A model generated the notes under the pieces. That model saw only the letters and a program-made list of their open reading frames with translations, was not told where the DNA came from and made no database searches. Positions 1 to 8,820 of a stretch of 64,000 nt of DNA are shown piece after piece (position 1 is the stretch's first letter; every line of letters begins with the position of its first letter). Origin of the DNA: Candidatus Latescibacterota bacterium. Its GTDB lineage: Bacteria; Latescibacterota; UBA2968; GCA-2709665. A program made the position numbers and the translations under genes. The stretch spans positions 1,280,001 through 1,344,000 of the forward strand of contig OZ244744.1 in NCBI GenBank assembly GCA_965219455.1. The letters run 5' to 3'.

Positions 1-413
1 GCCAGCGGATAAGGCGTGGTCTGGACCAGCGCCTGCAGGCCCACGCGGGCAATTCCGTTGACCAGAACCTGCAGTTTGTTGTCCGGCGTTCGTTGCATCC
101 GCACGACCTGTACCGCCGTACCCACCTGGTACAGGTCTTCAGCCTGAATCTCACCTTCCTCCTCGCCGGCGTCGTTCTCCGTTTCGGTTCCCCGGTCTTC
201 CGGACCCGGTTTCTGCCCGAACAACGCAACGATCCGATGCCCGCCGTTCACGGCGGTATCCACGGCCCGGGTCGCCTGTTCGCTTTCGATTAACAACGGC
301 GACAACATATAGGGAAAGATCACCACGTCCCTGCTTCTCAACACGGGCACCTCGCCCGGGACATGCGTCCGGTCGATCACTTCGATGCCTTGTGACGTTT
401 GCTCGTTCGACAT
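1..413 (-). CDS. lon: ATP-dependent Lon protease, N-terminal substrate-binding domain (runs off the window edge)
   Basis: Manual translation from ATG at 413 (RBS AAGGAG): MSNEQ...VPVLRSRDVVIFPYMLSPLLI...DLYQVGTAVQVVRMQRTPDNKLQVLVNGIAR, typical Lon N-domain motifs. Absent from the ORF track because it has no stop in the window. Confidence 0.85.
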   Translation of the reverse strand, partial: MSNEQTSQGIEVIDRTHVPGEVPVLRSRDVVIFPYMLSPLLIESEQATRAVDTAVNGGHRIVALFGQKPGPEDRGTETENDAGEEEGEIQAEDLYQVGTAVQVVRMQRTPDNKLQVLVNGIARVGLQALVQTTPYPL

Positions 414-493
414 TCGTTACGCTCCTTAATGTTGGTTAAAAATCACGATCTGCCGAATCGCCATCATTTCGCTAATCATGAGTTAGAATCTTC

Positions 494-668
494 CCCACCC
501 CTTGAATTCCCCTATTCCCTTGCCCTTTTTCTTGCTTCGCCCAAGAAAAAGGGCGAAATCCATGTCGACCAACGTCTTGTATTCGTAGGGGCAACCCTTG
601 TGGTTGCCCTCCTTTCCGGTTTTGCTCCCCCTCTCCCATTGGGAGAGGGGGCCGGGGGGTGAGGGTCT
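494..668. repeat. Cluster of short palindromic repeats (GCCCTTTTTCTTG..CAAGAAAAAGGGC hairpin, GTAG-type REP, CCCTCTCCC..GGGAGAGGG hairpin)
   Basis: The same three modules recur at 41560-41980. GTAGGGGCAACCCTTGTGGTTGCCC lies at 585-610. Confidence 0.8.
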
Positions 669-724
669 CCGTCGACGATGCGGAAAACATGCAACTTTTG
701 TGCCCAAAAATGTTAGATATCGAT

Positions 725-753
725 AAAATATTGTTAGATATATAGTTAAGCAA
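725..753 (-). promoter_or_regulatory. Putative sigma70-type promoter for lon
   Basis: Minus strand TTGCTT-N17-TATTTT in an AT-rich patch, overlapped by a TGTTAGATAT direct repeat. Confidence 0.4.
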
Positions 754-1021
754 TGTTCTTCGCTCCGAAAATCCGTTGCAATCCAGATCGTGACGACCGG
801 AAGTCCGAAAACTGCCATTTTGGCATATCGCAGGGGCGCCGGTTCTGCCGGGAGGTATATATTTCCTATTGAAGCCACGACGTGGATTCGATATATTGCG
901 ATGTTCCAGGACCTGCAAGGTCGGGAACTATTGGAGGAGTCATCACCGTTTCGGTCCGCATCCGCAATTATCCGTAGTCCGGCCTTTCGCGGTCCTCACC
1001 TTCCATCACAGTTTAGGCGAC

Positions 1022-2140
1022 ATGAAAATCACGTGCATCCAGACGATCGCCCTCAAGGGCGCAACGCCGAAATCCGGCTGGACGGCCGAAACGCCGCCGT
1101 CGGAAAACCTGCACACCCTTGTGGAGGTGCATACCGACAGCGGCCTCACCGGTCTGGGCAGCGTCGCAACCAGCAAGGCCCTGGTCGACGCCGCTCTGGA
1201 CCTGCTGAAGCCCCATTTTGTCGGCGAATCGGCCATTGAACCGGAACGCGTCTCCGAAAAACTCCACCAGGCGACCTTCTGGCAGGGCCGGGGCGGCTCG
1301 GTCACGCACGCAATTTCGGGCATCGACGTCGCCCTGTGGGACCTTCTGGGCAAAGCCAGCGGGCAACCCGTGGGGCGCCTCCTGGGGGGCTACTACCGTC
1401 ACAAGATCAAACCCTACGGCTCCCTCCTTTTCGAGGCCGACGGCGACGCGTTCAAACAGACCCTTGAGTCGGCCGTTTCCCGCGGGTTCCGCGCGCTCAA
1501 ACTCGGCTGGGGGCCCTTCGGCCGTGAGGATAAGCACACCGATGAGCGACTCGTCAAACTCGCTCGTGAAACCGTGGGGCCGGGCGTTGAACTGATGGTC
1601 GACGCGGGCGGCAGCGATCAGTTCTGGCCGCACGGGTACAAGTGGGCGCTCGAAACCGCGCGGATGCTCGCCGGCTACGACGTGGTCTGGTTCGAGGAAG
1701 CCCTGCCTCCGGACGATATCGAGGGGCACGTCGCCCTCCGGCAGAACGCCCCCGTCCCCATTGCGGGCGGTGAAGTCCTGACCCGCCGGCAGAGCTTCAT
1801 CTCCTGGATCGCGCGCGGCGCCTTCGACATCGTGCAGCCGGATACGACCAAAGTCGGCGGCCTTTCGGAAACCCGCCGCATCCTCTGGCACGCCTGCAAC
1901 CACAACGTCCTGCTGGTCACCCACGGATGGAACACCGCCGTAGGCCTGGCGGCCGACCTCCATCTCGCGGCGGCCCACCCCACCGCCCGCTGGGTGGAAT
2001 ACATTACCCCGTCGCCCTACATCGAAGACATCCTGACCGAACCCTTCCAACTCGACGACAACGGCCTGCTTACCATACCCACCGCGCCCGGACTGGGTAT
2101 CGAACTGGACCGGGAGAGAATCAAACGGTATTCCGGGTAG
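1022..2140 (+). CDS. Mandelate racemase/muconate lactonizing enzyme family protein (enolase superfamily, probable acid-sugar dehydratase)
   Basis: AISGIDVALWDLLGK, MVDAG, WFEE, AGGE, QPD, PTAPGLGIE motifs. Start taken at MKITCI (1022) rather than the ORF-track start. Confidence 0.9.
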   Translation: MKITCIQTIALKGATPKSGWTAETPPSENLHTLVEVHTDSGLTGLGSVATSKALVDAALDLLKPHFVGESAIEPERVSEKLHQATFWQGRGGSVTHAISGIDVALWDLLGKASGQPVGRLLGGYYRHKIKPYGSLLFEADGDAFKQTLESAVSRGFRALKLGWGPFGREDKHTDERLVKLARETVGPGVELMVDAGGSDQFWPHGYKWALETARMLAGYDVVWFEEALPPDDIEGHVALRQNAPVPIAGGEVLTRRQSFISWIARGAFDIVQPDTTKVGGLSETRRILWHACNHNVLLVTHGWNTAVGLAADLHLAAAHPTARWVEYITPSPYIEDILTEPFQLDDNGLLTIPTAPGLGIELDRERIKRYSG

Positions 2141-2145
2141 GGGCC

Positions 2146-2309
2146 AGTGTTCTGTCCCGGAAATAGATTGCCGGAATTCGGCCGCCGAGTCGCCCGGCTG
2201 GCAAGGCGCCTGAGCGAGGCGATCTGGGCAAGGTCGGCGAGGGAAGGCAACGCAGCGAGACGGGATGAATCGTCGGTTGAATGGTAACATATTTCCGGGA
2301 CGGGACACT
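2146..2309. mobile_element. MITE-like element, copy 1 (164 bp)
   Basis: Terminal inverted repeats AGTGTTCTGTCCCGGAAATA / TATTTCCGGGACGGGACACT. Homologous copies at 30499-30696 and 44187-44233. Confidence 0.8.
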
Positions 2310-2324
2310 TAAGAGAGGCGTATA

Positions 2325-3326
2325 ATGAAAATCGCAGTCATGGGCGTCCACTACGGACACATCGGCGGCATGTTCCGGTCGGCCGTCAACGCGCCCAACG
2401 TGGAACTGGCCGGCATCGTGGAACCCGACGACACCCTTTACGAACAGGTTACCCGCGACGTCCACGTGCCCCGGTTTACCAACCTCCGGGAAATGCTGGA
2501 CGCAACCCGCGCCGACGTGGTTATGGAGGGCGTGGGGCACCACGAGAAAGTGGACATGATCGAGACCTGCGCCGCAGCCGGCGCGCACGTCTTCCTGGAC
2601 AAACCGCTCTGCCGGTCCCTGGACGACTGGATTCGCATCCGAACCGCGGTCGAGGAGCACGATATCCGCCTGACCATGTTCTACACCTCCCGCAGTCACC
2701 CGCCTTTCATCGCGCTGCGGAACGCCATCCTCGCCGGAGAACTCGGCGAGATCGTCAGCCTCATCTCCACCCATCCCCACAAGCTCGGCGACTGGGCTCC
2801 CGACTGGTATTTCGATCCGCGGATCTACACGGGCACCTTCAGCGACGTCGCGTGCCACGGGGTGGACCAGGTCCGATGGCTCACCGGCGGGGAATGCGTG
2901 GGCGTCCACGCTATCGGCGCCTGCAAAAAACACACGCATGGCCCCCAGAAGCTGGAAATGGACCATATTCAGGCGTCGTTTCAGATGAGTACGGGAGCAT
3001 GCGCGCTGCTCACGGCCGATTGGCTCACCCCGGAGGACTCCCCCTCTTTCGGCGACACCCGCTTTATCATCATGGGCACAAAGGGGTCCGCCCATCTGCG
3101 GGCGTACGCGGGAGACAGCCTGCTCATCGTCACCGACGGCAAAGGGGCCTACGAACCCGAATTCCCGCCCGAACGCAACAGCAGTTTCGTGGAGAACATG
3201 GTCGACGCATTCTCCCGCGGTGATGAAAACTTCATCTCCACCTCAGACGTCCTGGGTGTCGCCAGGGCCTGCATTACGGCCGAAGAGTCCGCCCGAAGGG
3301 GCGGAAAATTCCTGAGAATCGAGTAG
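2325..3326 (+). CDS. Gfo/Idh/MocA family oxidoreductase
   Basis: N-terminal Rossmann (KIAVMGVHYGHI), HVFLDKP, DVACHGVD, MGTKG motifs. Confidence 0.9.
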   Translation: MKIAVMGVHYGHIGGMFRSAVNAPNVELAGIVEPDDTLYEQVTRDVHVPRFTNLREMLDATRADVVMEGVGHHEKVDMIETCAAAGAHVFLDKPLCRSLDDWIRIRTAVEEHDIRLTMFYTSRSHPPFIALRNAILAGELGEIVSLISTHPHKLGDWAPDWYFDPRIYTGTFSDVACHGVDQVRWLTGGECVGVHAIGACKKHTHGPQKLEMDHIQASFQMSTGACALLTADWLTPEDSPSFGDTRFIIMGTKGSAHLRAYAGDSLLIVTDGKGAYEPEFPPERNSSFVENMVDAFSRGDENFISTSDVLGVARACITAEESARRGGKFLRIE

Positions 3327-3350
3327 GCTCGGAACGTAAGGAGATTTCTT

Positions 3351-4700
3351 ATGGGCGCTCTACAGGCAGGCGCCGCCACGGCCAATATCACCCCATGGCT
3401 CGGCGTCACTATTCCCGGAAGTGTGCGCGCCAGGCACGCCGCAGACGTGGACGACGAACTCCTGGCCAAAGCCCTTGTCCTGGATAACGGCCACACCCGC
3501 GTGGCCTTCATCACCTGCGATCTCATTGGCATGCCGCGGAATATCGCGGATCGCGCCAGGCAACGAATCGCCAGCCGATGCGGCATCCCGATCGAAAACA
3601 CGATGATCAACGCCACCCACACCCACAGCGGGGGCGGCATCGCCGATCTGCTGGGCACCGACGGCGACGGCGACTATATCGAATGGCTCCACCTCAAGAT
3701 CGCAGACGCCGCCGAACTCGCCTGCCGCCGCCTGCGCCCCGCCCGCATCGGCTTCGCCAGCGTGCAGGAAGACCGTATTGCCTTCAACCGCCGCTGGCGC
3801 ATGAAAGACGGGACCGTGCGAATGAACCCGGGTATCGCCGATCCGGACCTGATCGAACCCGCGGGCCCAACCGACCCTGAACTCGCGATGTTATACGTGG
3901 AAGAGCTCGGCGGCGACCCTCTGTCGGCCGTTGCCTGCTATTCCCTTCACTATATCGGCGCCGGCAGCGGCATCTCGGCGGACTACTTCGGGCACTTCTT
4001 CCGCCTCATGCGCCGCTACCTGGGAGGCGACTGCGTCCCACTGCTCTGGAATGCCGCGTCCGGCCAGATCAACAATATCGACTTCAGCGGGCGCCGCAGG
4101 TGGAAGGACCGGGGACATGCCCACGCAAAGAAAATGGCCAACGTCCTGGCCGGACACTTGCTCACCGAGATCCAACTCATGGAAATGCAGGACACACTCG
4201 AACTCACGGCAGCTACCGGTACATTCGATTTCTCGCCCAGAACCATCACGCCCGAAGACCTGGAAATGGCGGAAAAAATCCTCGCGTCTCCGGACGATCC
4301 GCCCGAATACGACCAGGGCCCGTTCAGCTGGGTTGTGGGCCAACCCATCCCGCGGTCCATCGTGGACGTCTACGCCATGGAATGCCGTCGCCTGGCGAAT
4401 CTCCCCTCCAGGATGAACGCCGCGGCACAGGTCTTCAGACTCGGCGACGCCGCAATCGTGGCCCTTCCCGGCGAAGTCTTTGTTGAATCGGGCCTGAACA
4501 TCAAGTCGGAAACGTCCGCAGCACCGGTCTTCATCGTGAGCCTTGCCAACGGCTACATCGGCTATATCTGTACAGACGAAGCCCTTACCCGGGAGGGCGG
4601 GTATGAAACCTGGGCAGCCAATTCCTCCCTTGGCGGCGTCGGCACCGCGCCTGCCATGGAGACCCTCGCGGGCGACCTCCTGGCGCAGCTTTTCACCTAA
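3351..4700 (+). CDS. Neutral/alkaline ceramidase N-terminal-domain-like hydrolase of unknown substrate
   Basis: ITP, LLAKALVL, NATHTHSG, FNRR, DPE, SADY, LPGEVF, NGYIGY, GGYE motifs. Confidence 0.8.
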   Translation: MGALQAGAATANITPWLGVTIPGSVRARHAADVDDELLAKALVLDNGHTRVAFITCDLIGMPRNIADRARQRIASRCGIPIENTMINATHTHSGGGIADLLGTDGDGDYIEWLHLKIADAAELACRRLRPARIGFASVQEDRIAFNRRWRMKDGTVRMNPGIADPDLIEPAGPTDPELAMLYVEELGGDPLSAVACYSLHYIGAGSGISADYFGHFFRLMRRYLGGDCVPLLWNAASGQINNIDFSGRRRWKDRGHAHAKKMANVLAGHLLTEIQLMEMQDTLELTAATGTFDFSPRTITPEDLEMAEKILASPDDPPEYDQGPFSWVVGQPIPRSIVDVYAMECRRLANLPSRMNAAAQVFRLGDAAIVALPGEVFVESGLNIKSETSAAPVFIVSLANGYIGYICTDEALTREGGYETWAANSSLGGVGTAPAMETLAGDLLAQLFT

Positions 4701-4719
4701 CAAAAGCCCCGTCGCATGC

Positions 4720-5841
4720 TCAGCCTGCGACGGGGATGATCACAGTCCGCAATGTCGTCACCGCATCCAATCTCTCCTGCACCGGATCGAACCCCACGCC
4801 GGGCGTGTCGTCCAGCACGACATTGCAATTGTCATCCTGCTCCACCCATCGGTCCGTAATATCCTCAGCATAAAATCTCGACGAAGGAAACACGTCCGCC
4901 GGATAGTTGAATCCCGGCAGTGTCCCCAACGCGGCGCAGATGCCCGCACCCACGCCGCTTTCGAGCATGCCGCCTACCCAGGCAGGCATCCCCGCGTCGC
5001 GCGCCATATTGTGAATCTGAACCGCGTTGTACAGCCCGCCCACGCGCCCCGGCTTCACGTTGATAACGCGGCAGGCGTCGATATTCAGCGCCAACTCAAA
5101 ATCCCGGGGGCCCGTTACCGATTCATCCAGACACACCGGCGTATCGATCTGACGCTGCAACTCCGCGTGCTCTATGAGATCCGTATGGTCCAGGGGTTGT
5201 TCGATCATCGCCAGGTTGAACCGGTCGAATGCCTTGAGCGTATCGAAATCCGTTTTCAGGTCGTAGCCGGAGTTGCAATCCACGTGGATCACGGGACCTG
5301 GAAAGGCCGACCTTACGGCATCCAGCATCTCGATATCCCATCCGTGTTTCACTTTCAACTTGACCCGCGGATAACCAGCGTCAACGGCGCCCTGGATCAG
5401 GGCAAGCAGCTCGTCGATCGTATCCTGAATCCCGAAGTCCGCGCCGCATCTCACCACCGGCTCATCCGCTCCCAGCGCGCGCCAGAGCGGGACGCCTTTC
5501 AATTTGCAATCGAGCGCCCACCACGCCGTTTCCACGGCCGCTTTGGAAAACGGATTGCCCTTGAAAATCGACAGCCGCTCCAAAACCTCTTCGGCAGAAT
5601 CCAGTGTATGACCCACGATCCGCGGCAGAAAAAACTCACGGGCCGTCTCGTAAACCGACCGCGCCGATTCGGGCGAATAGGTCGGGGCGTAAAACGGGGC
5701 CGCCTCGCCCCACGCCTCATTGCCGCCGCCGGACAGCCTGACCATCACGGAATGAATCGACGCGTCCTCGCCGTAAGCCGTCCGCCAGGGCGAAATTAGC
5801 GGCAGTTCCACGTATCTGATCTCAGCCGACTCGATTTTCAC
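4720..5841 (-). CDS. menC: o-succinylbenzoate synthase / N-acylamino acid racemase (NSAR/OSBS subfamily)
   Basis: RVKLK, DCN, EQP, LDES, NVKPGRVGG, WVGGMLESGVG motifs. No other men genes are adjacent, so a racemase role is plausible. Confidence 0.8.
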   Translation of the reverse strand: MKIESAEIRYVELPLISPWRTAYGEDASIHSVMVRLSGGGNEAWGEAAPFYAPTYSPESARSVYETAREFFLPRIVGHTLDSAEEVLERLSIFKGNPFSKAAVETAWWALDCKLKGVPLWRALGADEPVVRCGADFGIQDTIDELLALIQGAVDAGYPRVKLKVKHGWDIEMLDAVRSAFPGPVIHVDCNSGYDLKTDFDTLKAFDRFNLAMIEQPLDHTDLIEHAELQRQIDTPVCLDESVTGPRDFELALNIDACRVINVKPGRVGGLYNAVQIHNMARDAGMPAWVGGMLESGVGAGICAALGTLPGFNYPADVFPSSRFYAEDITDRWVEQDDNCNVVLDDTPGVGFDPVQERLDAVTTLRTVIIPVAG

Positions 5842-5904
5842 AACGAGGTCCTCTCCTGATGTTAAGATTTGTCGGCCGTTGACCTGCGCAACTGATCGAC
5901 CAGG

Positions 5905-5933
5905 TTGCCCGAGGATGGGAATTTGGGTATATT
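5905..5933 (+). promoter_or_regulatory. Putative sigma70-type promoter
   Basis: TTGCCC-N17-TATATT upstream of the 5991 gene. Confidence 0.55.
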
Positions 5934-5990
5934 GGGCGATGGTTCCGTGGTGCTACAATTGCACTCTGGTCTAAACCGACTGAGACCCCA

Positions 5991-6287
5991 ATGGACGACA
6001 CGAATATGGACGTTAGGGAAGCCGCGCAGGTGGCAAAAGAATATCTGATTGACCTCTTCGACGGCGAGGGGATCACCAACATCGGTCTCGAGGAAGTGGA
6101 GTTCGACGAGAATTCCTTTGATTGGAAAATTACCATCGGCTTTTCGCGTCCGTGGGACCATAAGAATCCTCTAACCGCGGCGCTCGGTGAAGGACGCCCG
6201 GCGCGGTCCTATAAGGTCCTTCGAATCAACGACGAGGACGGCCGAGTCATATCCGTGAAGGAACGCGTCTTTGCGGCTTCGGAATAG
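5991..6287 (+). CDS. Small acidic hypothetical protein, probable partner (antitoxin-like) of the downstream PIN protein
   Basis: 98 aa (MDVREAAQVAKEYL...GLEEVEFDE...WKITIGFSRPW), closely spaced to the PIN gene. Start may be 6006. Confidence 0.7.
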   Translation: MDDTNMDVREAAQVAKEYLIDLFDGEGITNIGLEEVEFDENSFDWKITIGFSRPWDHKNPLTAALGEGRPARSYKVLRINDEDGRVISVKERVFAASE

Positions 6288-6291
6288 GCCG

Positions 6292-6753
6292 ATGACGCCC
6301 ACCGGATTCTTCATTGACGCGAATCTTCTTGTTTTGTTCGTCGTGGGCAGTGTCGACCGTGAACTGATCCGCAAGCATCGTCGGCTGCAGAGATTCAGCA
6401 TCAAAGATTACGACCGTTTGATTGACGCAATCGACGCGGTGGCCAAGGTATACGTAACGCCGAACACGCTAACGGAGACTTCAAATCTGCTGGCCCAACA
6501 TCGGGACCCCGAGCGATCCCGCTTCTTCGACCGGCTCCGATTCATCATTGACAAAAGCGAAGAAATCGTTGTTGCAAGCACCAACGCCTCGCACCGCACT
6601 GAGTTCAAACGCCTTGGCCTGACGGACTCCGTATTATTGGAGGTTGTCAGCGGGGAAACGCCACTGCTTACCGTAGATCTGGACCTTTATCTCGCCGCCC
6701 TCGAAAAAGATCCGGCGTCCGCTGTAAACTTCACCCATCATCAGGATCTCTGA
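6292..6753 (+). CDS. PIN domain protein (putative ribonuclease toxin)
   Basis: FIDANLL, TPNTLTE, LGLTD, LLTVD acidic PIN motifs. Confidence 0.8.
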   Translation: MTPTGFFIDANLLVLFVVGSVDRELIRKHRRLQRFSIKDYDRLIDAIDAVAKVYVTPNTLTETSNLLAQHRDPERSRFFDRLRFIIDKSEEIVVASTNASHRTEFKRLGLTDSVLLEVVSGETPLLTVDLDLYLAALEKDPASAVNFTHHQDL

Positions 6754-6765
6754 GCCGCCGTCTAC

Positions 6766-6984
6766 TCAAGGCATGTCCCACTTCTTCTTGAGAGCGTCAA
6801 TCGCTTCCCGGGACTCCTCTGCAGACAGCATCTTAATCCTGCCGCTGCGAAGGCCCTCGTCTATATCCGCAGCCTGAGCCTCGTCCCAGGCTTTATCATC
6901 TGTAACGTCCTGGACAGAATCGTCTGGGCGCCCGCCCTTTACAACACGCTCGATCAACCTCATTGTCCCATCAACAAGACCCAT
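6766..6984 (-). CDS. Small protein resembling putative addiction-module antitoxin components
   Basis: GGAGG RBS before ATG 6984. AWDEAQAADIDEGLRSGRIKMLSAEE resembles the W..E..RR..E..SG..K..EE pattern. Confidence 0.5.
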   Translation of the reverse strand: MGLVDGTMRLIERVVKGGRPDDSVQDVTDDKAWDEAQAADIDEGLRSGRIKMLSAEESREAIDALKKKWDMP

Positions 6985-7305
6985 AACATTGCCTCCTATA
7001 TCAACCAGGCCCCATTGCACAGAAACCCATTTGCCCTTTCATCGGGTATTCCGGCACCTAAACGTCCTTTTCTTCTTGTAGATCGAATCTAATGCCGTGC
7101 AGATGGTATTACGTCCATAAGATAACCAATTTCCCAATTCCGAGAGGCCTTTGTCACTCAAATCTTGCTTTTATTCCGGTTTGCAAACGCTCACGCAGAG
7201 CCAGCATGTCGAGGGGCCCGATCTTTACAACAGCCAAGTGTCCGGAGGAAAGGGTGGATCGTCGACGTCCGGCGAAAAAACAGTTTCTGGATACCACTTC
7301 CTCTC

Positions 7306-8517
7306 TCACAACCAATGCGCGAAGGGCCACAGGGTTGCCGAACGGGTGAACGGCGCGTCCAGAAGCTGTTCGGTCTCTTCAACGGGGTCGTGGCCGTAGC
7401 GCCGCACGAATTCCGCCTCGATTTTTCGCTCGAGTTCCGTCGGTTCGCCCAGGGGCAGGTCGACCCACGTATTCCCGCGATCGGCGCTTTCCCGGACCGC
7501 CAGGCATATCTCCCAATCTTTCAGCGCGTTCTCGTGCCCGTACCGGGGCCGGCCGCCGCCGGTTATCGCACCGTGAAAACTGACCAGAATACTTGCCTTG
7601 GCGACGTCGTCGGCCGACCCGATTCGCCATTCTTTGTACGGATTCTCCCAGACGACGGGCGGATCCGTATCCACCTGCGCCACGTCCAATACGGATTGCC
7701 CGTCGACGTCCACGTACCGCTCTCGAAGATCGTACGCCCGCGAAGTCTCTTCGCCGTACAACACGAGTCGACTCTGGTCCAGGTATCCCCGTGTCCCTTC
7801 CACGTGCCACCCCGTAGGGAAACCCTGCGCCACAGAGGGAAAGACGCGCGGCGGTTTTTCGAACAGGCATACGATCCCGCTGTCGAACTCCACCACCGCG
7901 TGATCCCACATCATCGTGGTCTCCCGCTCCCCGCCGTAAGCCTCGTACGGCGCCGTCGTCACTTCCCCGCAATAGCCCAGCACCCGCTTCGCTTCTTCGC
8001 CAAGCAATGAGCGGACCCCGTTGAACCCATGGTACTGGCCCGTCAGGTACCACAACCGCGAATGGGTCAACTCGCCCAGCAGGCCGGCCTCGATGATTCT
8101 TTTCTTCAGTCGCTCCCGGGGCCACAACCATACCTGCTCGGCCACCTCCCAGAGCACGCCATGTTCGCGGCAGGTCTGCGCGACCGCCTGCGCGTACCTC
8201 CTGGTGAGCGCCACGGGAATTTCAGTAATGACGTGGGCCCCGTGCCGCGCGGCCGTCATCGCAATCACGCCGTGGGAGTCCTTGGGCGTCATACTCAGTA
8301 CCACGTCGGGTCCTGTCGAGGCAAAGAGGGATCGGATATCCCGGAAACAGCCCGTTGAAGCGCCCGTTGACGCCTCGGCCAGCGCACCTTCGTCGCGGTC
8401 GCAGATCCCGACCAGTTCGAAATGATCCTTCAACCGCAAGATGGTACCGAGATACTGGCGCGCCCGGGAATCCGGATCCACGCCCACGCCAATCACCGCA
8501 ATCCGTAGCCTTTCCAT
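7306..8517 (-). CDS. Gfo/Idh/MocA family oxidoreductase
   Basis: RIAVIGVG Rossmann, GICD, HVITEIP, GLLGEL, YHG, EGTRG. Confidence 0.85.
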   Translation of the reverse strand: MERLRIAVIGVGVDPDSRARQYLGTILRLKDHFELVGICDRDEGALAEASTGASTGCFRDIRSLFASTGPDVVLSMTPKDSHGVIAMTAARHGAHVITEIPVALTRRYAQAVAQTCREHGVLWEVAEQVWLWPRERLKKRIIEAGLLGELTHSRLWYLTGQYHGFNGVRSLLGEEAKRVLGYCGEVTTAPYEAYGGERETTMMWDHAVVEFDSGIVCLFEKPPRVFPSVAQGFPTGWHVEGTRGYLDQSRLVLYGEETSRAYDLRERYVDVDGQSVLDVAQVDTDPPVVWENPYKEWRIGSADDVAKASILVSFHGAITGGGRPRYGHENALKDWEICLAVRESADRGNTWVDLPLGEPTELERKIEAEFVRRYGHDPVEETEQLLDAPFTRSATLWPFAHWL

Positions 8518-8719
8518 AGTGCCAGGATCCTCCTATTGAACGATGCCGGTTTTTTTTCAATATACCGACCGGTTTCCGGGTATGTCAACCCATTTGAACC
8601 CAAGAACACGTCCCCCGGTCCCCGCGCCGCGAACTCGCCGGATCCGGTACGGTCTCTCGGCCTTTCACCCGGTTCCGGTATTCACGGTCGTCCGGCCTGT
8701 GGCAATTCCCCTTCTGCGG

Positions 8720-8748
8720 TTGACTTCAAACCTCGAACAGAGTATATT
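8720..8748 (+). promoter_or_regulatory. Putative sigma70-type promoter of the lepA operon
   Basis: TTGACT-N17-TATATT. Confidence 0.65.
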
Positions 8749-8820
8749 CTAACCTTCAATATACAGCGTGTAGACGGTTGAATTTTTTGAAGTTGCCCTT
8801 AATCCCAGAGCATTCTGAGG

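Noticed and set aside
1013-5799. Long antisense ORFs (1013-2308, 2121-3095, 4543-5799), and similar ones at 24668-26101, 38060-39403 and 44213-45850
   Set aside because: Shadow frames of well-supported genes in GC-rich DNA.
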